Origin: Bugula neritina | Taxonomy: Eukaryota; Animalia; Bryozoa | Direction: 5' to 3' | NCBI GenBank assembly: GCA_964035545.1 | Contig: OZ037766.1 | Span: forward strand, 25,532,339-25,596,338 | DNA length: 64,000 bases | Shown: piece after piece, positions 22,647 through 37,400 of the stretch | Layout of the letters: every line of letters starts with the position of its first letter | How positions within the stretch are numbered: position 1 is the first letter of the stretch | Program-made: the position numbers and the translations under genes | Notes under the pieces: generated by a model | The model's input: the letters and a program-made list of their open reading frames with translations, nothing else | Databases searched by the model: none | What the model was told of the DNA's origin: nothing

Positions 22647-25058
22647 ATGTCTGCCAAAAGCATTAGGATTATAATAACACTCAGTGTTCTTTCCTCCTTG
22701 CTGAGTTTTGGAGAGTCTAATCCAACTTCCTGGAGACAGACAGCCTCAAAGTATACAAGCAAATCTCCTCCATTCTCAGTTCCAGTTCCGGCTAGTCCAA
22801 CATTAGCCCCAGCCGCAGCCCCGGCTTCACCACTACTACTATTAAATGGAGCTCTCAATGGTAAATCTAGGTCTATCAACAGCTATTACCTCATTTAATA
22901 TCTATATAAATGTTATACTGTTGAAGAACTACAAGTTAAGCCATTGCTATAGAATCTTTTTGAATTTTCAGGATCTCCAAGCTACTAGTAAATTATATTT
23001 TTTGGTAACATTACTTTAAAAATAGACCAGATTGACTCATTTAGTTAACTTGATATGAAGAAAAAATATTAAAACTGGTGGCTTAGCTACACATAGCTAT
23101 AAAATCACAAAAATACGAATAGTGATTGATTGCTTTGAAAATGCTCTAATCATGCAATGAATGGTCTTGCTTGTCCCATCTGTGGGTTTTATATATTTGT
23201 AGCCTCTATTCAAAAAAAATTCTTATGTAATCTACTTAAAAGGTTTATGCATAAAGTTAGTTTCCTTAGAAATACTCATTTTGTCATTCTACATATTTTC
23301 TTAAAGTATTTCAAAACAATTGCACAGCAGTTACCTATGATTACTTAACTTGAAAAGAAATAAGACTAGCCATAAAGCTTCTTCACACATGTGATAGATT
23401 TGTAGCAAAGATGAGTTTTTGTTCTGTTCTTATATTAGTTGTTATGCACATTAATCAACACAGTTAAGTAACTAATGTATAAGGATTATACACAATATAC
23501 ACACATATACATTTTCCACCTGGTCTGTGAGTAGAAACTACACCTCTGTGTCTGGTACGAATGCTTTTCCTGTATTCACAATCTCCCATTAACCTTCCTT
23601 ATTTAAGGCAACATCCATCACCCACTCATTCTATCAAAACATAATCGATTAGACTTAAGTTTAGCTGTAATCATAAGTTTAGGTGATCAGCTGGTAATAC
23701 TTGATATATAATAGTCAAGCTTGATGAATTCTAGTTTTATTGATTTGTATTGATTGAACTTATAAACTAAATTTTATCTATAGGTATGCTTTGTTTCGAA
23801 TGTTGAGGTGTAAAAAGAGAAATATTCTGCTTGAGCTACAGAAAACAAAAATTAATGATTCAATTTGATAAGAAAACATTTAAATGAACATAAAATTTTT
23901 TTTTATTGGCTCTAAAAATTATTAAATTTATAAGCACGAAATATATTAGAATAGGTTATTTTTTATCAAACTACTTTGATTATAACTTTTTTGATTTGTT
24001 TAGGAAACGACAATGGTCCAAATGCCAATGGTAATGGCAATGATAATGGAAACCAAAATAGTGGCGTTGGAAATGGGAACATCAATGGAAATGATAACCA
24101 AGGCAATGGCAATGGAAATATTAATGGAAATGAGTGAGTTATTCATGAGCAGTTTTTAATTATTATAATTTAGTTAAAGGTAATTAAATAAACTAAATGC
24201 TTTGTTAGTGCTTTTATTCAGCATAACTTTGCAGTTGGAAAAATCAAGTGTTACTATCGTATACTTAGTGGATACCTTATGTATATGCGGAGTCTTTGGT
24301 ATCGGAGATATAAATTTCATTTTTTATGACCAATCAATTTTCTTAATACTGGGAAATGAGTAACCAATTGCTTGAGAAGTTAAACCGTCTAAGAAGTCAT
24401 TCAATAAAATAATAAACTGTCGTTAAGAAGCAAATGATCAGCCCGCCTGCCACTTGGTACCATTCCATCTTGTGTCTAAATATACTCTGATCTTGCGGTA
24501 TTCAATCAACTAATCTCAATTTACGTCAACTACGTTTAATGGTATATTTAGTAAATTGATTAACTTATTATAGTGTCCATGATTCACCCTGCAATAAAAC
24601 AGTCCATAGACATGCAGAGCCGAAGTGCCTCATTGGTTTATGCTACCTTTTTTGTGATTCAGATGCTTAATTAATTACTTTTGTGACATATTGAACCATT
24701 TGTGTGACAAATCTTGATTTTATGTAATTCCATTTCAAGCATTGGTTGCTAGTAATTAATGTTATGCAGCCATTCTTATAATTTTTAGTTAGAGTTTTAT
24801 GTTTTAATATAAAGTAAAGCGTAGAATCTAATTTAGAAATATAAATATAAGCATCTTTTTCAACTGAAAACTTTTAGTCCATAATAAATTATTGGCTTGT
24901 AATAAACTCTCCATTCTCTGTTACAGCTTCATATCATTATTATTATTTTTAGGAATGAAGGCTCAGGAAATGGAAATGTGAATGGTAATGGTAATGGGGA
25001 GGATGCTAACAGCAATGGCCAAGTCAACGGAAATAAGTGAGTGACTTTATATACTCAC

Positions 25059-25132
<74 letters not shown>

Positions 25133-28100
25133 GTATGTTAAAATGCTTGAAAATAGTTTATCTGAATAAAACTAAACCCGAAGACATTAGGCTCATGTAT
25201 GTTTGTTACAGTAACATTGGAAATGAGAATGGTAATACAAATGGAAACGTGAATGGGTAAGTTGGTATAAATGTTTGTAAGATAAACTACATATGCAGAC
25301 ATCTGTGAAAATAAAAAGCTAATGCTTCAGAGTTAACTCTAGGTTATGGCTTCACTAAACAATAGCTCCTTCCTTTGCCAGCTTATATAATAATTATGCT
25401 CTATAATATAATGTGTAGCAAGTAGCAACAGCAAATTTATATCATACTTTAATGCTGATTATATTAGTTAACTGCTTTTATAATATTAGCTGTTTGCATT
25501 AGTAAGGTACTGGTATTAATGCATCAAGCTGCTAAAATTTCGTTTATGGTGACGGTGGTGATTTTAGCACTAAAATGATAGACGTAAGATTATTGGGCAA
25601 TTTTTGTGGGGGTGGTATTTTGCCTAGTTTGATAATCCGGCTAATTCCTTCCAAGGAAGTCTCTGATAACCAATATGGTGACAACAGCTAGCAGTTTAAT
25701 GCTTTTCAGTGTGGCAAACATTGCATTTACAGGATTCGTAAAACAATTAGAAAAGTGAGAAAAAGTAAAACCGGATCCAATCTTCTTACTGGAACGAGGA
25801 GAACAGGATCTAATTTGAGGAATAGGTATGCAGCCTACTTTAACAACGCATTCAATGCTGCTTCTAGCGGTGCTGTCAACAATGGCTGTCCTTGGCCCGC
25901 AAAACACTGGCTGTGTAACAGGTTTGTGAAATCATAAAAGGTTTCCCAACTCCCTCTCCCAAAAACCTTTTCTCCATCCAAGGACGTATTATGGTGAACT
26001 TAGCCTTGAAGCATGAAGCACTGGGAAATTCCTACTCCTTCCCAAAAAAGGAAACGTAAACCCACCATGTAATTTCCTATATTCTGTCTGCTTTTATGTC
26101 TGTCTGTTTGTATGTCTGCATATGGTTAGGGTTGTCTATTTTTATCCCACTAACTTTCTCCTATTGCTCATTCAAATAAACCTTTTATATGCTTATTAGA
26201 GTATGCAATTAATAAATCTACAACTTAAATGTTGTTGTTTGTTACTTATAAAATAATAACGAGTAGCTATTAATTTTATTCAATAGGCCAGACTCCGTAG
26301 GCAACGGACTGAATAACGGTAACAGCAACATAGGAGATAAAAATGGAAACCAGAATGGAAATGGTAAGCTATTTAACTATAGAGTTTTAGTTCTTTGAGC
26401 TTGGGATCCATGGTGCCTTATGCATAGGAGAACAAGTTTGTATAAACTGGTTATCTTAATGCTTATAGGCAACATTGGGGGGCAAAATGGTGTAAGTAAT
26501 GGAAACCAAAATACTGGAGATGAGAATGGCAACCAGAATGGGAATACAAATGATGGCAATCAAAATGGTTTTGGAAATGGAAACTTTAATGGCGATTCCA
26601 AGAATGGAAACCTGAATGGAAATGGTATAAGCAGATTTTTATTAAGATTGAGTGATAAATGATGTTTGCTGAAAAACAGCAAATACTCCTGCAAAATTTA
26701 ATTTCAAAATTTAATGTGGTTTTGTCTAATTTTTTATTCTTTCGATGTAAAGTATATTAATCTTATTTGTGATATTTATTCAGCAACTATTATACTTTGA
26801 GCGTTGCGGGTTAACAAAACTATTTAATTTTTGACTATTGACACATTAAAGCTAACATGTTGCTGTTGAATAATGTTGTTTATTTGCTCATGTTAAGGTA
26901 ATGGAGGAGATGCAAATGGAATTGATAATGGCAATGCAAATGAAGGAGGCAATAATGGAAATAATAATGGAAATATAAATAATGGAGATGGCAATGGTGA
27001 AGGAAATGGCAACAGTAGGTTTATATAATATGTTTAATTATAGACTGTTTTACAGCCAGCAGTGTGTAATAGTGTTTATATATGTAGTTGATTTCTGCCA
27101 TCAAAATATTTACTAAGTATTTGCTTCAGTAATGATTATTTCGGCCCATTAATTTATAACTTTGGTTAAGGTGAGAACAGGGATATTGCAGAAAGGCATA
27201 ATTTTCAATTTCCTGGTTCAATTAGAGAATATTTATTTTATGTCTTTGGTTTTAATCTAATAACATGCACTAAGTTATAGAGAAATGGCACAGTATACAA
27301 TTTAAACATTTCATCAGCTTAAACAATTTGAGTATAATCACAATAATATGACATAACACATAATATTGTTCAGCTTGAATTATCCAATAGACCATGAGAT
27401 TAATATTGTTTTGCTACAATCTTTAGAGTCAAAATACTCATCTCTATTAGTCTAGCGTAAATCAAATTGTTTATAAAGATTGTTATTAGTAAAACCAGTT
27501 GAAAAGACAACATAGAAATCTCTTAATAATTTAGAAATGCTTTTTAAATGTTCTTTATTGATAACTGTAGATTTTTGCTAGAACTTAGTAGGTTTTTAAA
27601 TATGCTTATTTGAAGCAGGGATAGTAGTAATTATTTGGTTAATTAGTAATTAATTTATTGGATAGTTTAACACATACAGCCTACCAAAATTGGCAAATTA
27701 GAGATAATATCACCTCATTAGAGATACACACCTGTCATTTTGGAATGACCTTTCATTGGTGATGATAAGTCTAACCTCTATGCACAATAAAATATGATCT
27801 GGTATTTTATTCCACAAACTATTCTATAATATTGAGTCTACCCAGTGGTTCCTGTGGTGTAATGATGCCAATACTTATAAACATGTGGTTCTCACAATAA
27901 AACCTGTTATTATGTATGAATTGAAAAAACAACTCATAAATGAGCTATTTTCATTTCATGTTTAGCCTGTATGTAGCTTATGAAACAAATTGTAATGTTT
28001 CATTTGTTGTGTAAGCTTTGTATCAGCCAAAACTTGTTTATGCTACTATCTCCAAAACACGTATTTAGGTAGTACAGCATTAAAATATTTTGTAACACCA

Positions 28101-29232
28101 TAGCTTGCCTCGTAGTCAAATGCAAGAAGTAAAGACTTCCTCAATTGGTTTGAAAGTGAACTTATTCTTTTGAAATATTACTGCATCTTAGTTCTTTTAG
28201 TTATTTTAAGTAGTAGGTAATTTATTCATATATTCAAATTAGCAGCTACTATAAAAAATTTGGCAAAAATGAAATCTTTGTAAAGTTAGGGTCTTTATTA
28301 TTACCAATAAGCTATTGTGGCCTTAACATAGAAATATTAGTTAACATTTTAAATAGCTAAAATTTTTTGGGCCCTTCGCTGCATGTGGCAAATATTTTAA
28401 TTATTGAATACAGATAAATGATATTTATTGCTTGTTATATTGAAACTACAAAAAATTTTTTTTCCTACAAACTATTTTTGCAATGAGTCATATAAAAGAT
28501 CAAAGGTGAATTTCCTCGTAGAAAATATGTATGCTACTATCTGATTGGCTTATGTTTTACTTTTTTGGAAAACCTGTTTGCATGTCATTTTAGAAAAAAT
28601 GATTAAATACAACATTTGTGTCAGTTAGTGGTCTTTGATGACAATAAAGAGATTAAGAGTCACTAAATATGCAACTGCACAGTGATAAGAAACATCTAGT
28701 TGACTAGTTATCATCTCAGCAAAGATCTTAGATATGTCTCAATGAACTTTACATTCTGGGTTTATAAATTATATGTTATACATACTATATACAAACAATA
28801 AATATTTTTTAATTAAATTGAAATGAGTTAGATTACAATAAACTAAAAAGATGAAATTGACAAGCTGAAAACACTGATGTGTTGCAGATAATGATAGCGA
28901 TGGAAATGGTAATGGGAATGGAAATGGAAATACGGGCAGTGGAAACGGCTCTGGAAATGGATCGGAAAACAAACAAGGTATTTTCATTATGAAGTTTATG
29001 CGTGGGATTAGCTGAGAGCATTAGTATATAAGATAAGTAAGCATCAATCCATCTGTACCATTAGGTGTCGTGCAAGTCAAATTGTAATTCCTCACAAATT
29101 AGTTATTATGGTCTCCAATCAGTAAGCAGGTTTATGGTATATGAACTTTCAAGCTCCACAACATTATAAGTAATGCGTAAGTAGTGTGTAAGTAGTGTGT
29201 AAGTAATGTGTAAGTAATGTGTAAGTAATGTG

Positions 29233-29273
<41 letters not shown>

Positions 29274-30063
29274 GGGTGTGTGTTTGTGTGTGTGTGGTGC
29301 GTGTGGGTGTGTGTGTGTAATTTACTGAATATTGGAGGTATATTTCTATTCTATATAAATTGGTCACAAAACTGAAGAAATTTCAGCTGGTTTGACAAAT
29401 TTTTAAATAAAATTACAGGTGCAGGTGGATCTGGAAACAATAATGGTAATGGTAACATCGGTGATAATAATGGCAGCTTCAATGGGGTGGACAGTTCCCT
29501 GCCTGGCAGCGGTAATGGTAACGGCAATGGCAACATTGGCAGTAACAATGGTAAGGATTAATGCTTTCTCACAGCTTTTGCTTAGTAAACTGAACATTTT
29601 AATAAATTGATATTAACATGTTTAGTGTACTTAGCAAAAACTGTGAGAAACCATAAACTAGTTTTTAAAATTTTATTAGTGACCCAAGAGTCACAAGAAT
29701 AGCCTAATTTTGAAAGAATAACTAACTAGATGCATTCACAGCTAGGAGAATAATAATTTAACTGAGTAAAAGATAAACCAGAATCATAGCTTATTCTAAA
29801 TGTTATATGTCTTCCTAAAGTACATTTATCTGTTAAATTCACAGCATACATTGTGCCAACAACTCTTGGCCAAAATTGCATTCTGCAATTATCCTTTTTA
29901 TTCTTTAGGCAATAACAACCAAGGAAGTGGAAATGGAAACGGTAACTATGGAGATGGCCATGGCAACAACCAGACAGGAAATGGGATAGGTAACGGGCAG
30001 GGATGGACAGCCTTTGACTGGAAGGTAGCAAAAGATGCATTAGGTGTAGGGGCTGGTCCATAG
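22647..30063 (+). CDS. Secreted Gly/Asn-repeat protein; exons 22647-22860, 24004-24133, 24953-25037, 25212-25256, 25733-25921, 26287-26362, 26469-26624, 26898-27014, 28888-28977, 29419-29550, 29929-30063 (boundaries +/- a few bp)
   Basis: Signal peptide MSAKSIRIIITLSVLSSLLSFGES. All ten GT-AG introns have matching phases (1,2,2,2,2,1,1,1,1,1), giving an uninterrupted frame ending ...WKVAKDALGVGAGP*. AATAAA at about 30273. Confidence 0.85.
25061..25126. repeat. (TA)n microsatellite
   Basis: Perfect TA run in an intron. Confidence 0.95.
29168..29317. repeat. Compound (GTAAGTA[A/G]TGT)n / (GT)n repeat
   Basis: 11-bp units grading into an imperfect GT run. Confidence 0.9.
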
Positions 30064-30654
30064 AACACATGTTAAACTAGAATATGAGCTGCTAAAAATA
30101 AACTCCGGGTTTGATTGTGTGATACCATTTAGTCAACCTGTATTTATATTTAAAACAAATGCCTTTTCAGCAAAATTAGCTTGCTGCAACTAATACACTA
30201 TTTTGTTATATACATGTTGTTTTGTTTTTATACTTTTATAATATCTTTACCTATTCCCAGTGTGCCAAACTAAATAAAGTCTTACTGGAACAATAGAAGA
30301 TAATTTTATCAGATTTTATTTATGAAAGGTTTAAATCACATCACGAATTTAGACAGAATCATACTCTTTGCTTTGTAAGTAGTAATACAACAAGCCTGCA
30401 CCAGCTCTGCAGTGAAAAGTCTGTAAACAACTAAAAAAGCAGCCTATAATAAATTAAGAAAAAAACTTTTAATCATACAAAAAAAGAGTGACAGTAAAAT
30501 GCTTTAGAAATCGATTGAAATTGAAAACTATAGATGATAAAATTATCACATTGCAGCTTTGAAAATAATTCTTCTTTGAATCGAGCTAAAAATGAACCAA
30601 CAAGTTCTGGCAGAATGACAAAAATTCAGGCAAGAGTTGAAGATGATACAGTTG

Positions 30655-32066
30655 TTCAACAGGAACAGCTCTGTAAAAGTACTTCCACACTACATTTTGT
30701 TGGTTTTACTTGAAATGGTTCTAGTGAAGGATTATATTGCATCAGTGGTTGCAGGTTAAGGTATAATGCACTGAAACAGTGATAATAATATAACATCAAC
30801 TTGTGCTGTGATAAGACTTACTAACTTGTATTCTAAAAGACTTTTGAAAAAATTTAATCTTCATACATTTTAAATCAATCAAAAACTGATGAAATGAAAA
30901 TTAGAATAAGCCAAAAAATTATGACACAATTTTTTAATATAATGCTATACTAAATACTCGTATATTCTGTTGTTGTGAAAATTTTTACACACATTTAAGA
31001 TGTTTGCATAATTGCCTGCGTGCTGTACACATGCATAATGCACATACAAATATTTTTAAACCTGAGAGATACTATGCCTTTTATACAATACTATTGCCAT
31101 TAAAACATTTATTTTATCCACTACAACACGTACATATCTATGATAAATAAATAATTTTTGTAATTAATTTGTAAAGTATTTATAGGACATCAAAACACTC
31201 ACTTTTACGTAACTATTGATTAATGACGCATAACCGTAATATAATAATTAAACAAACATGTCTAGTAAAACCATAAGTCATGAGAATACCTTGACTTCAT
31301 TCTCCTCAATATGACAAAGACAGTTGTTGTCACTTGTTATACTGCAAGTGAATTTGGAAGATTCCAGAGATTTGATAATCTTTCTGATCATCTCTGGCTC
31401 TGGATCATCCTCAGTAAACAAATAGGTTCCTGCTTCCCTACAATCAGTTGCACTTGGAATAATATCTTCATAGAAGTAATATGTCATGCTGCACATGGCA
31501 GTCACTGTGTTTTAAAATAAGATTAAAAAGTCTCTTACAAAGACGAACATTAGTCAGCATGGAAATTAAATCAAATCTTTATACTACATAACTATAGATT
31601 ATACTATAATCAATGTTATTTATCAATATTTCATTATAATAAATATTTTACACAACCTCCAAATGTTCAACTAAAACATTGAGCAAATGCTGCTTTAAAA
31701 GTTTAGTAGGCATTTAATTGCTAATGAGAAGCACAGAGGCTGCCTTATTGTACTGTTGTTGCCTGAAGGATTGTATTAAAACATAGATGCTGGTTCCAGA
31801 ATAGTGAAAGTTGACACAAACGTGCAAGGTCACTTGCAAACTAAAAGTAAGCATGTAAAATTCACACAATTTCAACCTGCAGAAATACTTGTTTTCCTTG
31901 TAGAGATCATAGCATGTTTTCAAGTATGAATATGGAATGTTGAAACTGATATGCCTTGGGTCGAGCTCCGCAGGTAAACTTGCCAACTCATTCATGCTGT
32001 GTACTAGGGCTTTCACAGCCAGTCCTCACTTCTTGCAGTACCTTAGAAACTTGGCATAATGTCTGA
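30655..32066 (-). pseudogene. Duplicated, degraded 3' end of the STAND/TPR-like gene
   Basis: 31888-32064 matches 39710-39888 but with TGG>TGA (KK*GLAV). 31291-31465 matches 38341-38517. The last exon reads CIIP* versus SIIPQTTT. About 190 bp including most of the 38672-38742 exon is deleted. Confidence 0.8.
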
Positions 32067-32864
32067 AACAACCCTCATATTAGCCCCACACAGGTAAAAT
32101 CAATGGTAATATATTTCGACATCATAACAATTTTGAGTTCATGTAAATTGTAATACAACAGCTAAACTGTTGTATTATATAATATCATATCAGCGCTGTA
32201 CCCAGGCCAGGTTTTAATTATATGATATTTATAATTATTTCATGTGAAAGTATGAAGTTGTCCCTGACTAATTGGTATCCCTACTAGGAGAGATTGCAAT
32301 TGGCAACTCTCCTAAAATGATTTGGCATAGTTACTAGGAGAATTACCAATTCAACTAGGGGATATTGCAATTGGCATCTATAAGGATTAATGTGCATAGT
32401 GACTAGGAACATGGCCAATCCTGCAAGGAAAACTTTCACTTAACAATTCACTTTAGAACAAAAGCCAATTGCTATTTCTGCTGGTAAAATAAGCAACTTT
32501 AATGTTGGTACAACCACTGCTTCCGAACTATTTTCAAGATAAATTGAAAATAGTTTTGCAAAAATACACACATTGTCATTGCTATTGCAAATTTAAAAAG
32601 ATAAAAAACAATTTATTAAGCAAAGAAAGTATTTTGGAACTTTTAAAATTTATAGGACTTTATTGAAATTATTTTTTGAATGATTGGAATATCCCGTTCA
32701 ACTTACTTGACAGTCCCCTCATACAGTCTTTACTTTCACTATTCCAATAGCCAACATCCAAGCCGCACAAGCTGGTAGGAAATTTGAATGCTTGTAGGGC
32801 AGTTAGCCAATCATCTCAGATTAGCTTGTAGCTAATCTGGTAAATACTATAAACCACATTATAA

Positions 32865-33573
32865 TGTGGTAAAATTGTGTATATTACAATTGTTGCGTGT
32901 ATTTCCTTATTCTTATTACCTTCATTCCCATGGAATGCGTGTTTTTCTTGAATGTATCATTTGTATAGCCACAGTCCCTGTAACAGCTAAGTGTTATGTT
33001 GGCAATGATGGGATTAGCTATTATTCCCAGCTACTTATTACTACTGACGTGACTGGATTAGCTATTGTTTCTGGCGGCTCACAGGAACACTTATATAATC
33101 AAGATAACCGGGATTTCCCTGCGAAGTTCGCTCGATTCGAGCGAAACCTTTGTTCTGGCCCTGCGAATCCCCTGCGATTCGAGCGATTCGAGCGAATTCC
33201 CTCGAATTCGCACGGAACATTCTAGTTGGACTGTTTCCCAACATATAAAAGGAGGCCCTCATCTCAGTAGGTTCAGTCTTCAGCCAGCAGCACAACAGGA
33301 CACATCTCGGAGCTACCAAGCCAGGACACCTATACATTTAGTTAATTATCTTATACCTTGTTTAACAGTTTACTAGTAAGTTTTCCACACGATGTAAGGA
33401 GTTGTCCTCCCTAACTTTCTATTTTTGGATTTATGTATTGTGGAGTAAAATAAAGGGATTGTGAGTATCAAATTTCTTATTTATTGTGCATAAATACCCC
33501 CCTACAAAGAGTCACTGTGTTCTAAGTACTCTCACAAAGAGTCACTGTGTTCAATCAGCTAGCAACCCACACA
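32865..33573 (+). mobile_element. Probable solo LTR, about 710 bp
   Basis: TGTGG...CCACACA ends; flanks TATAA / AATAA (imperfect 5-bp TSD); internal CGATTCGAGCGA repeats, TATAAAAGGAGG at about 33244 and AATAAA at about 33449. Confidence 0.5.
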
Positions 33574-34420
33574 AATAATTGCATGCAGCGAATTATAACA
33601 TTCTACGCATAAAATTATTACAATAATCCTACGGTAAATCCTTACGATAAAGTACACACTGATAACTTTTGCTCATAGCCTGATGGTTATGGGAACCCTG
33701 TGATTGGCTGATCATAAATCATTTGAAACAGACGAGTCTCTCCCTGAAAGATGATCTTTCTGGTTTTTATCAAGAAGAAACTTTATATCCAGGTTTGATT
33801 GTGTGATAACATTTAGTCAAGCCACATTTATATTTAAAACAAATACCTTTTCAGCATATTTAGCTTGCTGCAACTAATACACTATTTTGCTATATACATG
33901 TTGTTTTGTTTTAATACTTTTATAATATCTTTACCCATTCCCAGTGTGCCAAACTAAATAAAGTCTTACTGGAACAATGAAAGATTTTCAAATCAGATTT
34001 TATTCATAACAGATCAAACAAAATCTCACTCTGCATCTCAGACTGTTACAAAATAATAATATGCTTAAACAAGTACTGCAGTGCAAATTTTATAAACATC
34101 TTAAATAACTGCCAATAATAAAGTGTAAGCAAAAAGCCTTTGTTTATAAAATAATAAAAACTAGAGGTAAAAAAATATAAAATTTTGATTCTTTGGAATG
34201 AGAAGCTAAAAAAATTAGCTAAAAGTGATTAAAATAAAAAATATAGAAATATATTGTAATGCAATGCTAAATATAACTTGCTGTTTATGATACAATCTGA
34301 ACAAAAATAGGTTACAAATATTGGAGGTATAAAAGAGTTAAAAAAGTGCTTTGCTAAAAACAAAAAAACTTTACAGCAGTAACAGGCTGTTAATAGAGAA
34401 ATATTTTTATAGTTGACTTT

Positions 34421-37400
34421 TTAGGTTTCGCTCAGAATGTTATCTCGGTTAATCACTTCATTGAAGGCATCAGTTGTTGTAGTCTGGGGTATAATGCTCT
34501 GAAACAGTGAAAAGAATATAGCATCAGATTCGGCTGCGTTATAAAATCTCTCATATGAAATCTAAGGAAAGCTTAACAAGGTTGATTAGCAGAATTTTTA
34601 CAAAGCTAAAAATTAATCAAGAAAAACTATAAAAATATATAATGGAATTAGCATAAATTTCTTCAGCTAAATGTTATAAAGAATAAATTTGGTGATAGCA
34701 AAGCATGCACACACATAAAACATTCAAAGATGCCAAAAGAATGTGTGCGTGAGCGTACATATTCCTATGTGTATATGCGTACATATACAACATGCACGTA
34801 TACAACAGTTTTTATATTTAGGAGTTATCTTTTTTTCTTATATAATACTTTCACTAAGGAAACATAAATATTACAGGAGCTATTTTACTCACTATAATTA
34901 GTCTAGAAGTAACCTTCCAGAAAGTGCTCAAAAAACTGACTTATTACACTTTACTAGGTGGCCACTTAAAAAAAGTTGTTTCTAGATCAGAATTTTGTGC
35001 TGATTTTGAATCTACAAACTCTAGAATTCTATCTTCACCCAAACTAAAGTTATTGCAAAAAACAAATCGACATCTTGGATGGGTCATGATAAAAAGAAAT
35101 GTGGATTGTGCAAAATAGTATCCAATTTTACCAAGCTATCTTGAAGCAAAGTTTTTGCTGAAATATCAAAAATCATTGCCTCTTATACCTAGAATTTTAT
35201 GCTGATGCTGAATTTAAAGACTGCAAGACGCTACCTCAAATTAAAACCAAGTTGTTTACATAAACATATACGTTTGTTATGAATCGACATATTGCATGCG
35301 GCATAAGCATACAGAATAATTGTATGACCAAGCTATTTATATAAAAACAAAGGCATGCTGATGTGTAAAAAAACTACATTTATAAAATTATAGCGCAAAA
35401 TAAATGTTAAAATAAATAAATATTGAAATCTGTTAAATACAGCTCGCAAGTGAATCATTTGCTAGTCTGTCAGTAGCCATTAAACATCTGCAAAAATTAA
35501 CAAGATTCTGTAAAATTATTTAGAGAAACAGAAGCATGAGAGATGATCAAAATCAAATTGTTTGCAGCAAAATGTATAACAAATGTCTAAAAATAGTGCT
35601 TTATCATGAAAAAGTATTCTCATCATCATTGTCACTGTCGTCAGTCTCATCAGCTTCTTCTTCCCCAATATAGCGCTTCTTTTCAGACAATCCTTACATT
35701 GACAAACATCAGTGCATGCACTGCATTTGAGACTTCTGACATCCACATCTTGATATTTTGCAGCCGGTCTTACAGGAGCAGTTTAAATTTTGTAATATGC
35801 ATGTACAGGTGCTGGAGCTTGAATCATTCACTTTCTATTTATGCTGCCATGATTCTCAACAATCTACGCATGATGTTCTGCAGGTGGTGCATCAATATAG
35901 GCTGTTGTCACCTTTCTCCAAATGGCCACCTGATGATTTGCTCTTTTTACGTCCAAATTTAATTCATCTTTTGTTGGAGATAAACTGTATTGAGTTATTT
36001 TAAACGGTGAACAAAATACAGTGTATCGGACATCATCTGTATTTGAATTTCTTGCTCCATAAAGTTTACAAACAAACTGTTCTACTTCAGCCGCTGTAAT
36101 GGCTGGTAGCTTGAAATACGTTTCGAGGTGTTCAAAGTTTCCCATACATTTTAGATATTTTTTCAGAAGAGAGTAGGCTGTGCGCTATCTTTTTTTTACA
36201 AAAAGCACTATAGTTGATCACAATCTGTTAAAGCATGGAATCCAGTAAGTGCTGCACACAACTGCGGTCCGGATTTATTTGCTGCAATGTTGACATACAA
36301 ATACCTAATATGATTATGGTTTCTTCCCATGGATAGACCCTATTTCTATTTTGCTACCATATATATTAATATTACCTATATAACTGTTATATAGATTGCT
36401 AAATAGCATAATATGCTAACAGCTATAATAGCTAACATGAATTATCTAGAATAATATTCTATTATTTTTACAAATTTGTGTGGGACAAAAAGTAGCAATA
36501 CATTAATAATAGACACTATCTTTAATGGATACTTATTAACAAAATATTTTTTCGAACAGTACGCGCAAGATGTATAAAATATACAAAATTAATAAGTTAA
36601 ATCAGGTCAAAGGAATTTATTTATGTGCTAAATAACTAGCAATTAATCCAAGTTTATTTAAATACGCATATATTTCAATAATCTTAAAACAGATTGCACA
36701 TAAAAATACATTTTACCAAAATAAATAACTAGCGTCTAAGTAGGCAATTTAGCCAAACCTTTATCTGGGATGATACCATGATTATGACACCCTCGAAAAA
36801 AAATAATTGGCAAGAAGGTAATGTCTTGCAAATATAGCGAGAAATAAGATGAAAACATCAGTGCCTTGAAATTTGATTATTACACTCGGGCTTATGATGT
36901 TCATAAGATATTTTGCATGTAACAAAGTTTGTGTACCTGCTTCCTCGTGATCTGATTGTAAGCATTTGAGTTCTACCTTCTTAGGAATTCCGCCATGTTT
37001 GAAAAATTTTAGCTAAATGCAATTTTTGTTTGGTATGCAACAGCTATAATAACAATATTGTTCTCTAAAGTATTTCTACTCCATTTTTCACACAAAAATG
37101 CACCAGTCTCTAATGCAGCTTGTTCTATCTGCTAATAAGAAATTATTTTTTGACAAATGACACACATGAAAAAAGTACATGCCTATGATTTTTGAATAAG
37201 ACAGCCCAAGATCATTTTTCTAATGGGTGGCTTGAATATAACCATATATATTTAAAATTATAGGAAAGCTTTAGGGTATTTCTTTTGTAACTATAACTGA
37301 GCAAAATTGACTCTAGAGTCATTATATTAAGATAGTATAAAAACATGCATTTTAACCAATAGCATTGTTTTAAAAACCAAATTGCTTATGTATATATAGT

